DNA of 64,000 nt from contig NW_024704743.1 of NCBI RefSeq assembly GCF_018977255.1, positions 71,736,001 to 71,800,000 on the forward strand, in the 5' to 3' direction. This stretch comes from Callorhinchus milii. Taxonomy: Eukaryota. The notes below the pieces were generated by a model. That model was given only the letters and a program-made list of their open reading frames with translations, did not search any database and was not told the DNA's origin. A program made the position numbers and the translations under genes. Shown one piece after another: positions 55,101 to 64,000 of this stretch; within the stretch, counting starts at the first letter, position 1; each line of letters starts with the position of its first letter.

Positions 55101-58100
55101 CGTACAGAATAATATTTACTACGCCCAGGGCATTGACATTTAGTTTGATTGTGCGTAAGGGCTGACCTTTGTTGAATACCCATAGGATCAGTACTGGTTA
55201 CTATTATTGATGTATGCGGCATCATTGGTTACTATTATTGGTGTACGTGAAAGTACAGGTTAATGTTATTAGAGTATGTGGGTATGTTTAAAAGATATTA
55301 AAGTATCTTAAACAAGATCATGAAAAACATTTAAACATCTTCGAAAAAATAATTTGGGAAATTGTTATTTTGAACTGGTACTGTTATATAGGGGAATAGA
55401 TAGTAAACAGGACTACTAAAACTCATCATAAGGATCCTCATAGAAAAGACTATATAAAAAAAATACTAGAGGGGTAAAGTATTGGATGGAGTAGCTATGG
55501 AAGAGGTGACAAGTTTATTTGCTATTCGACTAGTAATAAAAATGCTGAATAGTATTTATTCTTTGGTCGTCTGATGTCATAACTGATAACTGCAAGATAT
55601 ATTTTCATTATCTGGAAAAAGCAATAGCATATTGTTGATATAATCTACTTCTGTGTAGAAATGTCTCTTACTTTTCTCTGTCTTCAGTGCCCATAAAACC
55701 AAGGAAACAGCACAGAAAAAGGCAATTTTCCTATCATGTCCACACTGGCTCAAGAGATATCTTTTCAGTCCCATTTGTAATCACAAAGAACGATTATTCA
55801 GAATAATCTTTTATCCATTTCTGACAAAATATCTATGCAGTGGAACACAATCCATATAGGGGTTACTAATATAAAAAGCAGAAAATAAATTGTACCATAG
55901 GGGAAAATTCCATCACTATACTTGTTGCTAGAGCAATAAAACTAGTCATTTTTTTTACTTATAGTCCGAAAACCAGTTAAAATATAGAGCATAAAGATTG
56001 CTATATTTATGAGTGTGTGCTAGACTCCAACAAAGTTTTAAGCAGTAAATCCTGTGAATTGTTTCATGTTATCTGCTGATTCCATCTTCAGATATGGTTA
56101 GCCAGATCCATCTCAAGACAATTTAACTCATTCTACATTACCTGCTGAATGTTGTTTCAGTTTCTTTGTTATCACTTTATTTCACTTGTTGAATTGTACA
56201 ATTATGTAATTATTCCTGTAAAGCTTAAAAGTGTAAAGAAGGTTCGTAAAATATGTAATATTACGTCTCGTCTCCAAAATGCTATAGAAATCAGTACTTT
56301 TTACAGGATATCCTCCAAAGCGCTTTAAGACATTCTCACGACGTGAGAGGTGCTATATCAAATACTGTATTATTATTATTTGTCTTTTGTGGTGAAGTGG
56401 GTTGGACTCAATTTTGATTGACTTCTGATTAAACCTCACGTAGAGACTATGAACTCATAGCAGGGTGGTCCAACCTTTTGGCTGATTAGGGCCAAATGCC
56501 CTATTTGAGAAAAGTCCATGGGCAGCATAAGCAATATTTTTGTGTTTCCTTTCCAGAAACATAACACTTTCGGATTATGGAGGGAGTGGGTGGGCCAGAT
56601 GAAGTGGAGGTGGAGACAATGAAATCGCCAGTTGGACCCTGGTCTAAGGCAAAGCTTCAATACAGTAGATCTGGAGTGCTTATATTGTTGGAGGTGCCTT
56701 TTTTTTGGTTGAGACTTTAAACAACAATCCTGTTTGTCTATAAAGTGGATATCAAATATCCTGTGGCATTATTCAAAAAAAAGGAAGAGTTTTTCCCAGG
56801 ATTCTAGGAAATCGACAGTTGCAGAAATTGGTCATTAACTTCAATGTCTGTTTGAGCGACATTGCTGTATGCAAATTGACTGTTGCATTGCCTACAGATG
56901 TAATAATAATAATCCTCGCATTTGATATAGCGCCTTATCACTTGTCCGAGACATCTCAAAGCGCTTCACAGAATATACCGTAAAGTAAATTGCCTGTATA
57001 TTTTCTAGTGGGCGAAAATCCACTTTGGAGAAACGTTTATGAAGTGCTTTGAGACATTTTACGGTGTCATATCAATTTATTAATTATTATTATCAATAAT
57101 TAGTCATTCAATAACTAGTCATTAGTTACGTGGAGTCCTCAGCTCAGTGGTTAGAGCACTCGCCTTACAAGTGAGAGACCTGGGTTTGATTCCTGGCAAG
57201 GCGAAACGTTGGATAAGTTTCCTTACTCCTCACATCTCTGTTTACCTAACAGTAAGTAGGAACTCGCTTGTTAGTTGATTGGTGGATCGCTTTTCCAGTG
57301 GTAAAAAAAATTGGTCACTCAATCCACGACTGTTTGTGGGACACTGCTGTGCGCAATTGGCTACTGTGTTTCGCCCATAAAATATACAGTCAATTCACTT
57401 TACAGTGTATTCTGTGAAGTACTTTGAGACATCTTGAAGATGTGATAAGGAGCTACATCAAGTGCAAGGATGATTATTTGAACAAACACCTACCTCATGG
57501 TTGCTTGCGGGGCCTCACTGGTACATTCCCTTCAGTATACTACTTGCCACTTTGACACATCGAAAAATTGCAATGATCATTTTGACATTGCCTTTCCTCC
57601 CACCCCTCCTCCACTCCCCCGGTCACCTGTGGTTCCAACCTTGGCCCCCTTCTTTTCCTTATCTACATGCTCCCTCTCAGTGATGTCATCTGTTGACATG
57701 GGGTCAACTTCCGCATATCTAGGGATGACACCTAAATCTACTTCTTATCCTCCAGCTGCAACTCTCACTCCACTGATATCTTGCCAGGTTGTTTGACGGA
57801 CAACAAGGCCTGGATCAGCGAAAATTTCTGCAGCTAAATGTCGCAAACGGAAGCCACACTCTTTGACTCCCGTCAACGTCTTCTCTCCTGTGGGTCTAAA
57901 CTCCTCAATCTCCCCAGGTTTTCTCTCAGACTCACCAAACTGTGTGCCGCTTAGGCATCAGGTTCAAACCCAGCTTTCCTTTCTACCAGACATCCGTTCC
58001 CTGACCAGAACCACTTTTTTCTACCTCTGTCACATTGTCTGCCTCCATCCGTACCTCATAACCAAAGCAGCCGAAACCCTCGTCCACGCCTCCGTCACTT

Positions 58101-61100
58101 CCCGTCTGGATTATTCCAATGCCCAGTATACACAAAATTCAACTAATTCAAAACTCTGCTGCCTGGATACTCACCCGCACAAGACTCTGTATCCCCATCA
58201 CACCAGTCCTTGCCAGACTCCACTGACTCCCAATCACCGAATGGATCAACTTCAAGATCCTCTCACTCATTTTCAAATCCCTTCATGCCCTCACACCTCC
58301 CTATCTATCCGATTTAATCTATCCAATCCATTTCAAGACCTCCCTTTTTGACCACGCCTTTAGTCATCATTCCGCTCCCCACCCACCCTCAGATCCCACG
58401 ACTGTTAAGTGCCTTGGAACATCTTCCCAACTGAAATATAATGTTTTTATTGTATTGCAAGTGACTGAAGAGCTAAATTTTCATTTTATGTGAGCTGTGC
58501 ATAGTTTTGATTCAATATTGTTTTAATATATGAGACTGATAAAGCTGAAAACTTGTTGTTTTCCATAGAACCATAAACTGTATAGTACAGAAGAGAGGTG
58601 TGAGATTGCTGAATTCATTCCCCCAAAGGACTGTTAATGCAGAGTCAGTGGGAATGTTTACAACATCAACTTGGATTTATATAGTGCCCTCCACGCCGGA
58701 CGGCGTCTCAGAGCGTTTTACAGTAACGGATCCCAGGGCCGAGCCAGGGGGAGGGTGAGGAAGGTGACCAAAGGCGCGGTCGAAAAGAAAGGTCTTCAGA
58801 TGGGACCTGAAAATGGGAAGGGAGGGAGTGAGACGAAGGGAGTGAGGAAGGGAGTTCCAGAGCCTCGGGGCATAGTAGCTGAAGGCACGGCCGCCGAGGG
58901 TGGAGCGGAGGACTCGGAGGACAAGGAGGAGGCCAGACCCGGAGGAACGAAGGCAACGGGTACTGTGCTGAGGAGAGAGGAGGTCAGAGAGGTAGGGGGG
59001 TGCAGAGGAATGCAGGGACATGAATATGAGGGTGCAGTTTAAGGGCAAGTAAATAAAGACTTGACTAGAAAAGATATCAGGGGACATGGATTCAGGCCTA
59101 TTTACTTGCATTTTTCTCAAACCTCCTGGAAATCATTCCTTTTTAGATTTCTATCTAGTTTCCTCTTGAAAGCTAATACAGACTGTGTTTTGACCACTGC
59201 ATCTGGTACAGCCTTCCACATCCCAATAGCTCCATGTGTAAAATATATTGTCTTGAGACACAGTTCTCTTTCTGTGATTAGTGTAAATTCACAATGTATA
59301 TTCAAATACCTGATAATATGATCAGGTTATGATTTGGTTATGCTCTGAGATTTTAGTATGTAGCATTTACAAGTCAGCAAATTTTGAGACATTTGGTTTT
59401 GGTAATACAACAACTTGGCATTTATGTGCGCAGGGTAGCATATCAGAGCGCTTATGGCATAATTAGGATGCAATATCTGTTTGTACTATTGTATTTTTGT
59501 TCGTACATCCTTAATGATTTTTTATTGTACTATGGATATTGCTTTTATTTTTGACAACAGATACTTACCCAGACAGAAGAACACCGTACAAATGTGCTTC
59601 TTTCTGCTGCTAAACACATCCACCAATGGAATGTTAAAGTAAGGAAGATGAAGGCGATTTATTACACACTAAATCTCTGCAACCTGGATATCACCCACAA
59701 GTGTCTGATAGCTGAAATCTGGTGTTCTGTTGTAGACCTGAATAAAGTCCACAACGCATTATCAAAAGGAGCTGTAAGTGTTCCAAGAATATCTCAGAAA
59801 TGTGAAATCTTTGCTAGTTACAAAACCACTTGAATATTCACAGCTTTACATTATCATTGCATTAGTTAAATTATTCTCTTAACTGGAACCAAAAAATAGC
59901 ATTGAAACAATAGGACAGTGACATTCTGTCCATTGAATATTGGATAATTGAACAGTTTATTTTATTGAATAGCACATAGAAATCCCAAACCCAAATATGC
60001 ATACCTAATCTGACAATATAGATCAATTAATTGTATACCAGATATAAAAATAATTCAGTTCATTGAGTAATTTTCCCCATGACCATTCATGTAAAACCTA
60101 TTTAATCTAAGTCTGGATAAACACATTGTCCCAGATCCCTATCTTCCACATTGCAGCACAAATGTCGTCAATATCCTCTCCTCCTTCCCCATCCCTTCAC
60201 CTCATTCCACTGGCAATTGGTCGGTTGGCCTTGTGAGAGTGAGGACAGGTCTGATTGCTGGAGGAGAGGCGGAGGCCACACAGCTCCAGCACTGGGAGAT
60301 GAGTCTCCTCTCATGTTTAGCCCAGTTATATTACTTTCTTTTGCTATCCATTAGTGACTCTGACTTGCCGGGTTAACAGGAGCCAAATGGGAAGAATCGA
60401 TGTCCCCAGTGACATCTGGCCGTCCAAAATATGGCAAAAGTATTTTGGGAAAGAGTTCCACAGACGAGGGCCAAAGTAATTCAAAGCTCAGCTGTGATGG
60501 TGTGAGAGAGGGTTCAAAGAACTAGAAATGGGTCCAAGTTGAAAGCCTAGGGTGTAGGCAGGAGAGTGGGGCTGAAGATATTGAGAAGCTAGGGTGGAAC
60601 AAGAGCGTTGTGTGATTCAAAGGATCTTGAATTGATCTCCTGGGAGCAGGGAGTTAATGGACCCTAGAAAGGGTGCAGGTAATGAGCATATGGGTCACAG
60701 AGTTGCTGATGGACTGGACCCTAGAGGGTCAAGCGAGGGAAGCAAGCAAAAAAAAACATTAGAGCACCTAGTCTTAAGGTGATGAAAGCATTTTAAAAAA
60801 TGGGTTTCAGCTTCATTGAAGTGCAATATGGACATAGGCAAGTGTTCTGTAGATTTAAATGCAGGTTTGGATGAGGGTTTAAAACTGAAGTGAGGGTCAA
60901 ACAAAATGCCAAGGTTTTGTTATGTGTATGTGGGTGGGGGATATACAAAGTATAGTCAATTTGCTGAGGGCATTGTATTTCACAGTATTCACATCCTCGA
61001 CCAGTGGTCAGAGAACTAATATGCTGCAGGAAAATTGCCATAAAAATGAAAGGCAGGGCTTATATTAAGAAGAGCAAATATACCAGATTCTCTGTGCAAC

Positions 61101-62262
61101 AGCCTGGAGTCTAGTAATATACTCATCTTGAGCTCCAGACTTTCTGTTATTCTGTCAATTCATCCTGTGCTTATTCTGGTCACATATGTGAACAGCAGCT
61201 CATGAAATATGGATAACAAATCCGGTTAAAAGACAAAAACAAAAAAAGGGAAATTCTGCCTGGTCTGTGTTAGAATTCTCAATTGGTTAAGAGAGTGGGC
61301 TATTGTGTAAAAATAAGTTGATACATCGACAGTTCCTTCTCAGTGCATTTTCCAATATTCATTTCTTTGTCCTATCTCCCTCATCCACAAGTGCATCCAA
61401 TTCACAAAGCTGCTTTTTTATTTCATCATCATATTTTAACCAGTTTCCCAATCTTAGCGCTCATCCCGAGTTCATTCTAAGGGTAGGTGGATGAACAATT
61501 CACAGTTATTCCTACAACCCGCGCCCCCCCCGCGCCCCCCCCCCCCCATTCTAAAGGGACTGGATCACAATATCACAACACTGGTTTGGAAGAAGAAGGT
61601 CCCATCTGATCTCATCCCTCCAGAACATCCACCCTAACGTCCTACCAAGCTGCTTTTACATGTCCTGCCCTCAACCATTCTTCCTGACAACCTGTTCCAA
61701 TCATTAATTACTTCTCCTTTGAAGAAAAACTTTCTGGTATAGCCTGAAATTGCCCTTTGTAACTCATCAACTATGTCCTCTTGTTTTAATGTTGGTATAT
61801 ATTTCAGCTCTTGCTTTGTAACTCATTGCTGATACAGGTTTAATATCGCTGAACCACTAAAACATATACACTGGAGTAACATCCTGTCTAAATAAGAATT
61901 ATATAGCAACCCATGATAGATTCTGATCCTCCCTTAAATGCAGAATGCAAGTTGTGAAATTAGACACAAGCGCCAAACTATTTCCAATTGTATGACCAAT
62001 TGCATTACATTAATATATCCAATCCACATGACAGCAGGTAAATACTGTGTTGTCCAAGTGCAAGCTTTATTTGAAATGCCAATGAAAGGTGTATTTGATT
62101 TTTTCCCCCAGGAACTGACTGGCTCCACCTTGCCTCCTATCTTGAACAGGATAGAGACGAGGCAAACCCCTCCAACATTTAACAGGACAAATACATTTAC
62201 TGTTGGATTTCAGAGCATTGTAGATGCTTATGGAGTAGGAAACTATCGAGAAGTTAATCCAG
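27986..62262 (+). CDS. ATP6V0A1-like: V-type proton ATPase V0 subunit a (116 kDa), a1-like divergent paralog; 10 coding exons, 3'-partial (runs out of the window)
   Basis: Spliced translation is open for 1201 nt: [18 protein letters not shown]...[12 protein letters not shown]...[22 protein letters not shown]...[10 protein letters not shown]...[32 protein letters not shown], hallmark motifs of the Vph1/a-subunit family. All introns are GT-AG and phases match. Family is certain; exact paralog is not. Confidence 0.95.
28183..28502 (-). mobile_element. young full-length tRNA-derived SINE, short subfamily, intronic
   Basis: Nearly identical to 705-1021; lies 80 nt downstream of the coding exon 1 donor. 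Confidence 0.93.
29090..29735 (+). mobile_element. degenerate CR1 LINE fragments
   Basis: CATCGTGGCTTTTTGAGAAAGGGGTTGTGCATGACAAATCTA (HGF..G..C.TNL) and TTTTACACAAAGAACGGTG...TTCAAGAGGGAATTAGAT remnants. Confidence 0.6.
29969..30047 (+). CDS. ATP6V0A1-like: coding exon 2 (79 nt): [26 protein letters not shown]
   Basis: Acceptor cacag|CTG, donor C|gtaggt; [11 protein letters not shown] motif. Confidence 0.96.
30198..30295 (+). CDS. ATP6V0A1-like: coding exon 3 (98 nt): (H)[32 protein letters not shown]
   Basis: Acceptor cttcctttccag|AC, donor GAG|gtcagt; resembles a1 EKEIRKANIPI...PRDMIDLE; follows a 150-nt intron. Confidence 0.95.
32623..32751 (+). CDS. ATP6V0A1-like: coding exon 4 (129 nt): [43 protein letters not shown]
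   Basis: Acceptor tttctcatttag|GCT, donor GAG|gtatgt; [13 protein letters not shown] and LELTELK motifs typical of a1. Confidence 0.96.
34560..34740 (-). mobile_element. 5'-truncated SINE (core and tail)
   Basis: AATAATAATCCTTGCATTTGATATAGC...GCAGCCAATTGCACACAGC..TTCCACAAACAGTCG. Confidence 0.85.
35622..35642 (+). other. candidate alternative in-frame microexon (21 nt, AGCQYKL) in intron 4
   Basis: ctaat branch-like motif at 35587, pyrimidine tract, catag| acceptor, CTG|gtaagt consensus donor; phase 0/0, matching the intron. Confidence 0.45.
36890..37500 (+). mobile_element. L2 LINE 3' fragment
   Basis: [46 protein letters not shown]; tail AGGCGCTATATAAATGCAATTTG. Confidence 0.88.
37938..38047 (+). 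CDS. ATP6V0A1-like: coding exon 5 (110 nt), variable linker: [36 protein letters not shown](S)
   Basis: Acceptor ctttcgtttttcag|GCA, donor AG|gtaatt; phase 0 to phase 2 bridges exons 4 and 6; ends RLKL like a1 PLRLG. Confidence 0.88.
38100..38510 (-). mobile_element. old Deu-SINE
   Basis: GAGATCTTTAACATCCAAC..AAACAGACAGATGGACCTTGGTTAATGTCTCATCCAAGGA...AGAGGCGAGAGTG. Confidence 0.65.
39148..39274 (+). CDS. ATP6V0A1-like: coding exon 6 (127 nt): [42 protein letters not shown]
   Basis: Acceptor ttttgtacag|C, donor GCT|gtaaga; FVAGVI.RER..FER.LWRVC.GN motif. Confidence 0.97.
39400..39940 (+). mobile_element. L2 LINE reverse-transcriptase fragment (degenerate)
   Basis: GSILSPL.F and [10 protein letters not shown] (YADD-derived), [19 protein letters not shown] remnants. 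Confidence 0.8.
39950..40165 (+). mobile_element. 5'-truncated SINE, long subfamily
   Basis: ATCGCTTTTC...TAATCCCTTC...GTTTGTGGAACACTGCTGTGCGCAATTG...GCGCTATATCAAAT. Confidence 0.8.
40820..41168 (+). mobile_element. L2 LINE 3' fragment
   Basis: Same family as 18815-19450 (CTACCTCTCCGACCTCC...GGAGGTCGCACATTCAGCCACTA), complete (TTG)n tail. Confidence 0.8.
41805..42182 (-). mobile_element. tRNA-derived SINE, long subfamily
   Basis: Full head GTAGCTCAATGGTTAGAGCACTC on the minus strand, long internal segment and tail. Confidence 0.88.
43766..43848 (+). CDS. ATP6V0A1-like: coding exon 7 (83 nt): [27 protein letters not shown](G)
   Basis: Acceptor ttttctttatctgtag|GAT, donor GG|gtaaat; K.VF..FFQG.Q.K..VK.ICEG motif. 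Confidence 0.96.
43955..44048 (+). CDS. ATP6V0A1-like: coding exon 8 (94 nt): [31 protein letters not shown]
   Basis: Acceptor ttattgcag|A, donor ATG|gtaagt; YPCPE and GVNTRI.DL motifs; follows a 106-nt intron. Confidence 0.96.
47080..47480 (+). mobile_element. old Deu-SINE
   Basis: GGCTGATACTCCAATGTAGTG...GACGTTAAACCGAG...GATGTTAAAGATCCCATGG.ACTATT...TGTGAAGCGCTTTGAGAC. Confidence 0.72.
48665..49050. repeat. degenerate minisatellite, roughly 20-30-bp units (GTGTGAGAAACAGGAATGTCAC-like)
   Basis: Recurrent TGTGAGAA(A/T)A.. and ATGTCAC words across about 400 bp. Confidence 0.55.
50150..50510 (+). mobile_element. CR1 LINE 3' fragment
   Basis: TTTGATAAAATAAATAGGGAGAAACT...TTTATACAGAAGGTTATTAGGACATGGA...TTCAAAGGGAATTAGAC...CTCCTTCTGTGCTGTAAA. 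Confidence 0.7.
52985..53436 (+). mobile_element. two short L2 3' tails in tandem orientation (52985-53160 and 53300-53436)
   Basis: Each ends GACTG..CAGC.C.TTGGGAC.TC...GTGAA.GGCGCT.TA.AAATGTAATT(TTG)n. Confidence 0.78.
53630..54120 (-). mobile_element. old Deu-SINE
   Basis: TGTGGGATCTTTAATGTCCATTTGAACAGGCAGATGGGGCCTCGGTTTAAC...CTACCAACTGAGCCAGGCTG. Confidence 0.72.
56461..56641. mobile_element. probable hAT-type non-autonomous DNA transposon (MITE)
   Basis: Imperfect TIRs CAGGGTGGTCCAAC ... GTTGGACCCTG with internal GGGCCA words as in Charlie-like MITEs; no clean 8-bp target-site duplication. Confidence 0.5.
57131..57478 (+). mobile_element. tRNA-derived SINE, long subfamily
   Basis: TGGAGTCCTCAGCTCAGTGGTTAGAGCACTCG head, long internal segment, core and tail. 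Confidence 0.9.
57570..58435 (+). mobile_element. L2 LINE ORF2 fragment with deletions
   Basis: [49 protein letters not shown] remnants. Confidence 0.82.
58660..59040 (-). mobile_element. well-preserved L2 LINE 3' fragment
   Basis: [14 protein letters not shown]...LRSSGSGLL...[22 protein letters not shown]...[10 protein letters not shown]; CpG-rich. Confidence 0.9.
59065..59290 (-). mobile_element. CR1 LINE 3' fragment
   Basis: [18 protein letters not shown]....[10 protein letters not shown] remnant. Confidence 0.7.
59561..59773 (+). CDS. ATP6V0A1-like: coding exon 9 (213 nt): [71 protein letters not shown]
   Basis: Acceptor tttttgacaacag|ATA, donor GCT|gtaagt; [15 protein letters not shown] and KCLIAE.WC motifs; follows a 15.5-kb intron. 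Confidence 0.97.
60400..60920 (-). mobile_element. highly degenerate L2 fragment
   Basis: [14 protein letters not shown] and LWNSFP-type remnants on the minus strand. Confidence 0.5.
62112..62262 (+). CDS. ATP6V0A1-like: coding exon 10 (151 nt): [50 protein letters not shown]
   Basis: Acceptor ttttttcccccag|GAA, donor CAG|gtaaag; TPPT.N.TN.FT.GFQ.IVDAYG...YRE.NP motif that precedes the membrane domain. Confidence 0.97.
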
Positions 62263-63633
62263 GTAAAGTGCTTAGTAACTGTGCTGTCATTTCAACCTTT
62301 GGTTGTGTTTAGCTCTAATCTTTTATCCATTTATGTTTTATTACCACTTGGATTGGAATGTTTTATTTCTCTCCCTTACTGAATGAATTGACATTTCTGA
62401 AGTATGGTTCTAGGGGACTAGTAGCCCTACAGCACTTCACCCCAGTGACTATTATTTTTGTGTCAGCCCAGACATTGGTGGTTGTCAAGCTAATCAGGCA
62501 TGGAGGATATTCATAGAATCATAGAATATTACTGTGGAAGAGCTACCCATTCAATCCCACTCACCAGCTGTTTCCCCATATCCTTGGAATTCTTTCTTTT
62601 TCAGTTACCTATCCAATCCCTTTTGAAAGTTGTTATTGAATCTGTTTCCACCACCCTTTCAGGCAATGCATTCCAGACAGATATTGCAGCCAAGTTTGAT
62701 CCAATTCAGTATGTTCTCACCCTCCGAGATCCATAAACTACACTTCCCAGCAGAGAGCACGCTGAATACCTGAACTGAATAATGATCAGTAGCTGGAACC
62801 CAGGGACTTCCCCCTCCACCCAACATGCACACCAAGTCCTGGAGTATTCATGCCAATTGTGGTATCCCAGCTGAGATCAGTTAGCTTTTCACAGACCAGG
62901 AATGAGACATGGATTTCTGGTCTATGCGACTGTTTATTGAACAACCACATTTTTTTTTCTGGAGCAGACTGTCAGAGCCTTCTGCATCATTTCAATGACT
63001 AACCAACTTGACATAAGCAAAAGCTTAAATCTACCTGTCAAACACTGTTGGTTTGGGAATTTATTTTTGAAGGCAACACTGTAGAGGTAATATTTTTTAA
63101 CTCCCACATTAAATGCTGTGTCACTTGCTACAGTCCAAATCAATCATTAGTCAATCTATCATTCTGATCTCCAATTCCAGTTCTAGCCAATTCTAACATT
63201 GTTTTCTAAAGATGGCAATATTTTACCATATATTTGGCATATATGCAGGCTTTAATCTTACTGATTCAACTGAATCGGTCTCCCTTTCCTATGTTTACTC
63301 CAATTCCTCAGATAAAACATTGCTGTTTGCAAATTGGCTGCTGCATTCGATTACAAGAAATACAGTCACTACACTTTATAATAATTCCTTTGAAGTGTTC
63401 TCCCAATGTGAAAAGCACTAAATCATATGCAAGAATTAGTACTGCTCTATTTTCACAATGAGTAATTTATCTGTTGGGTAATGTACAATTAGCCTGATCT
63501 GTCCTGTATACCTGCAGATGTGGTATTTCAACGTAAACAGGAACTGCAGGGGAGATGACATGCTTAATGGTGCTCAAGTCTGAACAACAAAAGTTCTGCA
63601 TGTTCCATTTTAGCAGGGCTTCATATTCATTTT

Positions 63634-63942
63634 GTGAAGTCCTGTAGCTCAGTGGTTAGAGCCCTCGCCTTGCAAGCGAGACAGCTGGGTTCAATTCCAG
63701 GCAGGGAGAAACCTTGGGCAAGTTTCCTTACTCCACACGCCTAATAATAATCCCTCCAAAACAAAGAACAATAATAAATTGGTCATTTTCAATCCACGAC
63801 TGTTTGTGGGACACTGCTGTGCACAACTGGCTGCCGCGTTTCATCCACAAATATACAGTCAATTCACTTTACAGCATATTCTGTGAGACATCAAGAAGAC
63901 GTGAAAAGCGCTATATCAAATGCAAGGATTATTATTATTATT
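63634..63942 (+). mobile_element. young tRNA-derived SINE, short subfamily
   Basis: AGTCCTGTAGCTCAGTGGTTAGAGC head, GGTTCAATTCC box B, core, (ATT)n tail. Confidence 0.92.
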
Positions 63943-64000
63943 ACAAACACATCCTTTATTTGGGATCAGGATTCACAAAGAAAGGGAACAGAGCGATCCT

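Noticed and set aside
61518..61548. C-rich tract (minus-strand G-quadruplex potential)
   Set aside because: Simple low-complexity run in an intron, error-prone in sequencing, with no supporting context.

Overview
Vertebrate genomic DNA, AT-rich and dense in repeats. The repeat set (Deu-domain tRNA SINEs, L2 and CR1 LINE relics) points to a cartilaginous fish, probably a holocephalan such as the elephant shark; this is an inference. The only protein-coding gene I can support is on the + strand: a V-type H+-ATPase V0 subunit a gene (ATP6V0A1-like but clearly divergent). Ten coding exons (27986-62262; 117, 79, 98, 129, 110, 127, 83, 94, 213 and 151 nt; all GT-AG and in phase) encode about 400 aa of the cytosolic N-terminal domain. 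The membrane domain lies beyond the window. A candidate CCAAT/TATA/Inr promoter and non-coding first exon sit at about 27369-27482. The first 27 kb and the introns are mostly SINE/LINE debris, and nearly all ORF-track entries are repeat-derived or random. I found no prokaryote-type system. The most interesting signals are the identity of the paralog, an in-frame 21-nt candidate microexon in intron 4, a remodelled Ser-rich linker exon with an RRLS motif, a triple-nested retroposon containing a ~95-bp hairpin, and a possible spliced minus-strand non-coding transcript at about 3.4-7.9 kb.
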